Shown here piece by piece: positions 26,097 through 30,024 of a DNA stretch of 30,024 bases. A program made the translations under genes and the position numbers. A model generated the notes under the pieces. It saw nothing but the letters and a program-made list of their open reading frames with translations, was not told the origin of the DNA and did not search any database. Source of the DNA: Cyanobacteriota bacterium (lineage in GTDB: Bacteria > Cyanobacteriota > Cyanobacteriia > Cyanobacteriales > Nostocaceae); contig JBJOKS010000042.1 of the NCBI GenBank assembly GCA_046045965.1, forward strand, positions 1-30,024. The letters run 5' to 3'. Each line of letters starts with the position of its first letter. The first letter of the stretch is position 1.

Positions 26097-26756
26097 TTAG
26101 TTAATGTCTAATCCTGGTTCTTGTTCTGAAGTATTTGACTCATTAACTGGCTGGATGGGAGAAGCCACTGCTGTTTTAGGAATTTCAATGACTGGGTTAT
26201 TCAAGGCTACCATTAGGGGTGAAACAGGTACTGCTGGCTGGGTTGTTACCGCCGTTGGTTGTATTTTCTGTTGTGCCAGTTGCAATTTGGATGTATTACC
26301 AGGAATGAAGCCAGATATTGTGCCAATGACACAAGCTGCTACAGCTGCACCACCAAACATCCAACCTAACTGGTAACGGTGGCGTAAGCGTTTCCAAACT
26401 TGTTGGAATGTGGCTTCTGGTGACTGTTCAGATGCTGGTATGGGCATAGATTGTACACCTTGCCTCAGTTTTAAAAGTCGTGCATACAATGACTTAACTG
26501 AGACATCCGTGTCCAGCCATTCTTCTACTTGCTTACGTTCGGTAGCATTAACTTCACCATCGAGGTAAGCACTCAATAACTCAAAGCGGTCAGCTTCGTT
26601 GTGCTGTAAGCAATCACGGTTCTCCATATCCTTAGTACCCGTTGATTGATTGGTATGTATGGCTTGCGACACCCTACTGCTATCAGCCATGTCATCTGAT
26701 ACATCATGAGGGAGTTGCGAGTGGGAACGGTCGTAAAACTGAGAATCAGTATTCAT
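26097..26756 (-). CDS. sapG: Transmembrane anti-sigma factor
   Basis: FELLSAYLDGE anti-sigma domain, single TM helix, directly downstream of the ECF sigma gene. Confidence 0.85.
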   Translation of the reverse strand: MNTDSQFYDRSHSQLPHDVSDDMADSSRVSQAIHTNQSTGTKDMENRDCLQHNEADRFELLSAYLDGEVNATERKQVEEWLDTDVSVKSLYARLLKLRQGVQSMPIPASEQSPEATFQQVWKRLRHRYQLGWMFGGAAVAACVIGTISGFIPGNTSKLQLAQQKIQPTAVTTQPAVPVSPLMVALNNPVIEIPKTAVASPIQPVNESNTSEQEPGLDIN

Positions 26757-26916
26757 TTTAACGTTTTTACCAATTCATACACGGGTAAACACAGCGGATA
26801 AATTTGAGAATTTCAGCAATTTTACTCCTCAATGGTAGAAAGAATCTAGTTTTTACCGCAATTCTGAATATTTTTATATTCTACCATTGAATTGAGGAAA
26901 GAACTTGTACATTTAC

Positions 26917-27573
26917 TTAGGCATCTAGATAAGTTTGCAGCTGAGATTGCAATCTGGTTCTAGCTCTAGCTATTCTCGATTTTACAGTTCCTAGAGAAAC
27001 GCCAGTGATTTCGGCAATTTCTTCATAGGCCAGACCTTCGATTTCTCTCAGGACAATTGTAGTACGGAACACCTCTGGTAAATCGGCGATCGCATCTCGC
27101 AGTTGCTCATAAAATTCTCTAGTTGTCAGTTCTTCCTCTGGACCTGGTGTATCACCGGCAATTTCCCAATCCATCTCGCCGTCGTCTACCGAGCGGGGAG
27201 CATCTAGTGAGAGGGGAGCGACAACCCGTTTGCGTTTACGCAACTCGTCGTAGAACAAGTTAGTAGCAATACGGCTTAACCAACCCCGAAATTTAGCAGG
27301 TTCTTGTAATCGGTTAATATTCCGATAGACGCGAATCCAAACTTCTTGAGCCAAGTCGGCTCTGTCAGACCAGTCAGGAGCCAGATGATATAAAACCCTA
27401 TCGACTTGAGTCTGATAGCGCCGCAAGAGTTCGGCAAAGGCAGCCTTGTCTGGACGCAATCCAGCTTGACAGCGCAAAATAAGATCGTGATTTGAGAGTT
27501 TGTCAACTTGCACCGATGCTTGTGAATAAGTTGCATCAACAGCTGACCAGGATACAGTAATCGATTGACTCAT
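26917..27573 (-). CDS. sigG: ECF RNA polymerase sigma factor SigG (RpoE-like)
   Basis: DLAQEVWIRVY, FRGWLSRIATN, GTVKSRIARAR; likely start MSQSIT at 27573 (218 aa). Confidence 0.93.
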   Translation of the reverse strand: MSQSITVSWSAVDATYSQASVQVDKLSNHDLILRCQAGLRPDKAAFAELLRRYQTQVDRVLYHLAPDWSDRADLAQEVWIRVYRNINRLQEPAKFRGWLSRIATNLFYDELRKRKRVVAPLSLDAPRSVDDGEMDWEIAGDTPGPEEELTTREFYEQLRDAIADLPEVFRTTIVLREIEGLAYEEIAEITGVSLGTVKSRIARARTRLQSQLQTYLDA

Positions 27574-27605
27574 AGATCGTACTGGCTCTAAATAATCCCT
27601 TATCA

Positions 27606-27633
27606 TTAGACCTGATAATTCTTCAAATGTTCC
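27606..27633 (-). promoter_or_regulatory. ECF-type (autoregulatory) promoter of sigG
   Basis: Minus strand GGAACA-N16-GTCTAA, matching the RpoE-type GGAAC...GTC pattern, 32 bp upstream of the ATG. Confidence 0.7.
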
Positions 27634-28040
27634 CAAGATAGGTGACGGATTTATGAGATCAACACGGAAATATAAATCAGGAATTATTAAAAAAGTGTTG
27701 AGTGTACAGTGGCGGGTCTTGAGTTGAGGTAAAAAAATCAGTAAAATATAGTCAGTTGAAAAACTGGCTACTACTGCTTGACTAACAACAGGGTGTGGGA
27801 TCTGGGTAAAAAGAGGCAGGGGAGAAGCATTTTCCCCCTTGCTCCCTGCCAGAAAGCTCCGTTTCTTCTTCTCTGTCACCTGTCACCTGTCACTTTCCTC
27901 CTTGAACTCCTCCTCAATCATAAAGATATTGTCAGAGTAATGAGACAACTGATAATTATTGATAAATTCTTTGCTAATTGGCTGCTCTAGGCAGTCCATA
28001 ATTTTAATGAGCCAGATATGTCAGGGATCAACAATAAGCA

Positions 28041-28832
28041 ATGGCAATGGCAAGAAATGAATCTGTAGCGCGGATGGTGATGTTCTTCTGTTTTGGTACA
28101 GCAATTTTGTCTCTGGCTGTCCATTGGCACAACATGAAAACGACAGCGCAGTTAAATCCGTCTTTTTCCACTACATTGAGGAAAAATTCTACCGCCGCCA
28201 ATGACTCTAGTCATCATCGATCTGAAGGGATTAACATTGGGGAAACGGCTTTGGCTGCACCTGTTCCCTCTTCTCCATCAAATTCTGTTGCTGGGAAAAA
28301 ATATGTAGCTAGTGCTGCGGATACACCAAACAAGACAAAGCTGGTGGTTCCAGAACAGGGAGAGAAGCAGAAAACAAACAGCAAACCGAAGGGCTTTTTC
28401 TTTCCCGGTGTAGCTGAGGCCAAATCTGTTCAGGGACTAGATACTCAGGCACAGGTGGTAGTAGATTTAAGCGATCGCCGGGTCTATGTTCACCGCTATG
28501 ACCAAGTGATAGCTAGTTACCCCATTGCTATTGGTAAAAAAGGTTGGGAAACGCCCACAGGTGATTTTCAGGTCATACATAAGGAACATCATCCAATTTG
28601 GAAACATCCGATAACTGGACAAATATTTGAAGCTGGTACTGATAGTCCTTTAGGAGACAGATGGATTGGTTTTTGGTCAGATGGCAGAAACGAAATAGGC
28701 TTTCATGGGACACCTGATACTGACTTGGTGGGTGCGGCTGTGTCTCATGGTTGTTTAAGAATGCGTAATTCTGATGTCCGAATGTTATATGAACAAGTTA
28801 GTTTAGGCACACCAGTAGTAGTGCGCGACTGA
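28041..28832 (+). CDS. L,D-transpeptidase (YkuD domain)
   Basis: N-terminal TM; VVVDLS, ETPTG, IGFHGT...SHGCLRM. Confidence 0.93.
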   Translation: MAMARNESVARMVMFFCFGTAILSLAVHWHNMKTTAQLNPSFSTTLRKNSTAANDSSHHRSEGINIGETALAAPVPSSPSNSVAGKKYVASAADTPNKTKLVVPEQGEKQKTNSKPKGFFFPGVAEAKSVQGLDTQAQVVVDLSDRRVYVHRYDQVIASYPIAIGKKGWETPTGDFQVIHKEHHPIWKHPITGQIFEAGTDSPLGDRWIGFWSDGRNEIGFHGTPDTDLVGAAVSHGCLRMRNSDVRMLYEQVSLGTPVVVRD

Positions 28833-28878
28833 AATGGCAGGAGGCTGAGGACTGGGGACAGTGAAGAAAGCATGGGAA

Positions 28879-28969
28879 GCAGGGGAGGCAGGGGAGGCAG
28901 GGGAGGCAGGGGAAGCAGGGGGAGAATATTCACTTTTACATGAGTGCCTTTTGCCTCTTGCCTCTTGCC
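28879..28969. repeat. (GCAGGGGAG)x about 5 and (TTGCCTC)-type tandem repeats
   Basis: Direct reading, between convergent genes; other STRRs at about 16337, 26071, 27874 and 29565-29623. Confidence 0.85.
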
Positions 28970-28976
28970 TATTCAA

Positions 28977-29531
28977 CTATTTTGAAGGGTTTTCTGCGCT
29001 TTGCTCAAAATTAGGAGCATAAACTTGAAGCAAGTTACTGACTTGACTGAGAACATCGTTACCTGTATTTTTGCCTAAAGCTTGACGTTCTGGGAAGAAT
29101 TCAGGTTGATCTAAGTAACGATCAAGGGCTTTGGCCACTTGTTGAGAGATCAACTCCTGAAGTTGTGTTTGAGCGCGTTGGCGTTGGTAATTTGCACCTT
29201 CTTCTGTGGTAGCATACAGCGGTGGAAGACGGTTGAGGGCGTAAGCAGTGATATCCCCCACATCCAAAGAGCTTTCACTGCTGGCTTCAATTTCTGCTAC
29301 TTTAGAGATTACTTCACTCAGTACCAATTCTTCCATAACGTTAATAAATTGTTTGCGGGGTACTGCTACTACTTCACCAGTCAACAATGAACCCATCAGC
29401 TTGTCCAGTGCCATGTACTCTTCAATGGAGAGATCAGAGGCGTTATCACAGATTCTACCAACTTCTGCTTCCATTGCTGGTGTCAGATAACCTTCCTGGA
29501 GAGCTTGCTCAACAATTTTTTCAATAGTCAT
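28977..29531 (-). CDS. cdgR: ComFB-family protein, probable cyclic-dinucleotide receptor CdgR
   Basis: FINVMEELV, DITAYALNRLPPLYATT.EG; same gene neighbourhood as in Anabaena; likely start MTIEKIV. Confidence 0.8.
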   Translation of the reverse strand: MTIEKIVEQALQEGYLTPAMEAEVGRICDNASDLSIEEYMALDKLMGSLLTGEVVAVPRKQFINVMEELVLSEVISKVAEIEASSESSLDVGDITAYALNRLPPLYATTEEGANYQRQRAQTQLQELISQQVAKALDRYLDQPEFFPERQALGKNTGNDVLSQVSNLLQVYAPNFEQSAENPSK

Positions 29532-29632
29532 AATTCTCACGATTAAATTTAAGCCATATCATTTATAATTCATAATTCATAATTCATAATTCATAGTTGT
29601 TATTTGAATTACGAATTACGAATTAGAAATTA

Positions 29633-30024
29633 CTAATCCATGATTGTGGTTTTCCAAGGTGTAGGATCAATAGATTGCCCATTGACATATAGACCCCAGT
29701 GTAAGTGAGGTCCTGTAGAAGCACCTGTAGAACCTACTGCACCAATTAGTTGACCAGGTTTGACAATATCACCTTCTTTGACATTTATGCGACTGAGGTG
29801 CATGAAAATGCTGGTTACTCCTTGACCGTGGTCAATGCCAACTACATTACCATGAACCCGGAATCCTTGGGATACTGTGCCAACTAAAACTACTTTACCT
29901 GATGCTGGGGCAATTACGGCTGAACCGGATGCACCAGCGTAGTCTAGGCCACGATGGTAGTAATCATTTGCAAATTTACCATTATAGTAGCGCCTTACAC
30001 CATAGGTTGTTGTCAACCTGCCTT
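29633..30024 (-). CDS. M23-family peptidase, 3' part (gene starts beyond the window)
   Basis: HRGLD, IDHG, FMHL, GSTGASTGPHLH. Confidence 0.93.
   Translation of the reverse strand, partial: GRLTTTYGVRRYYNGKFANDYYHRGLDYAGASGSAVIAPASGKVVLVGTVSQGFRVHGNVVGIDHGQGVTSIFMHLSRINVKEGDIVKPGQLIGAVGSTGASTGPHLHWGLYVNGQSIDPTPWKTTIMD

Noticed and set aside
27574..27879. 102-aa N-terminal extension of SigG in the ORF track
   Set aside because: Covers the ECF-type promoter and non-conserved-looking sequence; the MSQSIT start gives the expected size
28745..28933. Pro/Leu-rich 62-aa ORF
   Set aside because: Translation of the GCAGGGGAG repeat, antisense to the L,D-transpeptidase
986..29490. Remaining short antisense or nested ORFs in the track (e.g. 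986, 5174, 5247, 6388, 7802, 10444, 11822, 13340, 13628, 14872, 16623, 17625, 18546, 21765, 23833, 25314, 26104, 27276, 27778, 28214, 29139, 29248)
   Set aside because: Shadow frames of well-supported genes or repeats, with no recognisable motifs

Overview
AT-rich chromosomal window from a filamentous heterocystous cyanobacterium (Nostocales type). The assignment rests on eight HIP1 GCGATCGC octamers, STRR heptamer repeats and the conserved leuS-sapG-sigG-LD-transpeptidase-ComFB-M23 gene order. Core genes: a probable Zur-controlled zinc-homeostasis cluster (COG0523 GTPase, WD40 protein, small secreted CxCxxC protein, orphan metal-binding lipoprotein), two CYP110-like P450s, a CPA1 antiporter, a saccharopine-dehydrogenase-like protein, a phosphoketolase-like ThDP enzyme, glgA and the leuS/sigG envelope cluster. 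Two accessory islands (about 8.1-12.6 kb and 19.6-22.8 kb) sit downstream of housekeeping genes. They hold toxin-antitoxin modules, a stand-alone kinase, an unannotated HNH gene and hypothetical genes. Nearly every module is closed at its 3' end by the same GTAG-tagged REP-like hairpin in the same orientation, which looks like an integron-like cassette array without an integrase. Between the islands are two small double-glycine-leader peptide genes that share a DNKxxTVD(F/Y)S motif, preceded by three operator-like palindromes spaced exactly 110 bp apart. No tRNA, rRNA, CRISPR array or intact transposase was seen. All calls come from motif recognition by eye; no searches were run.
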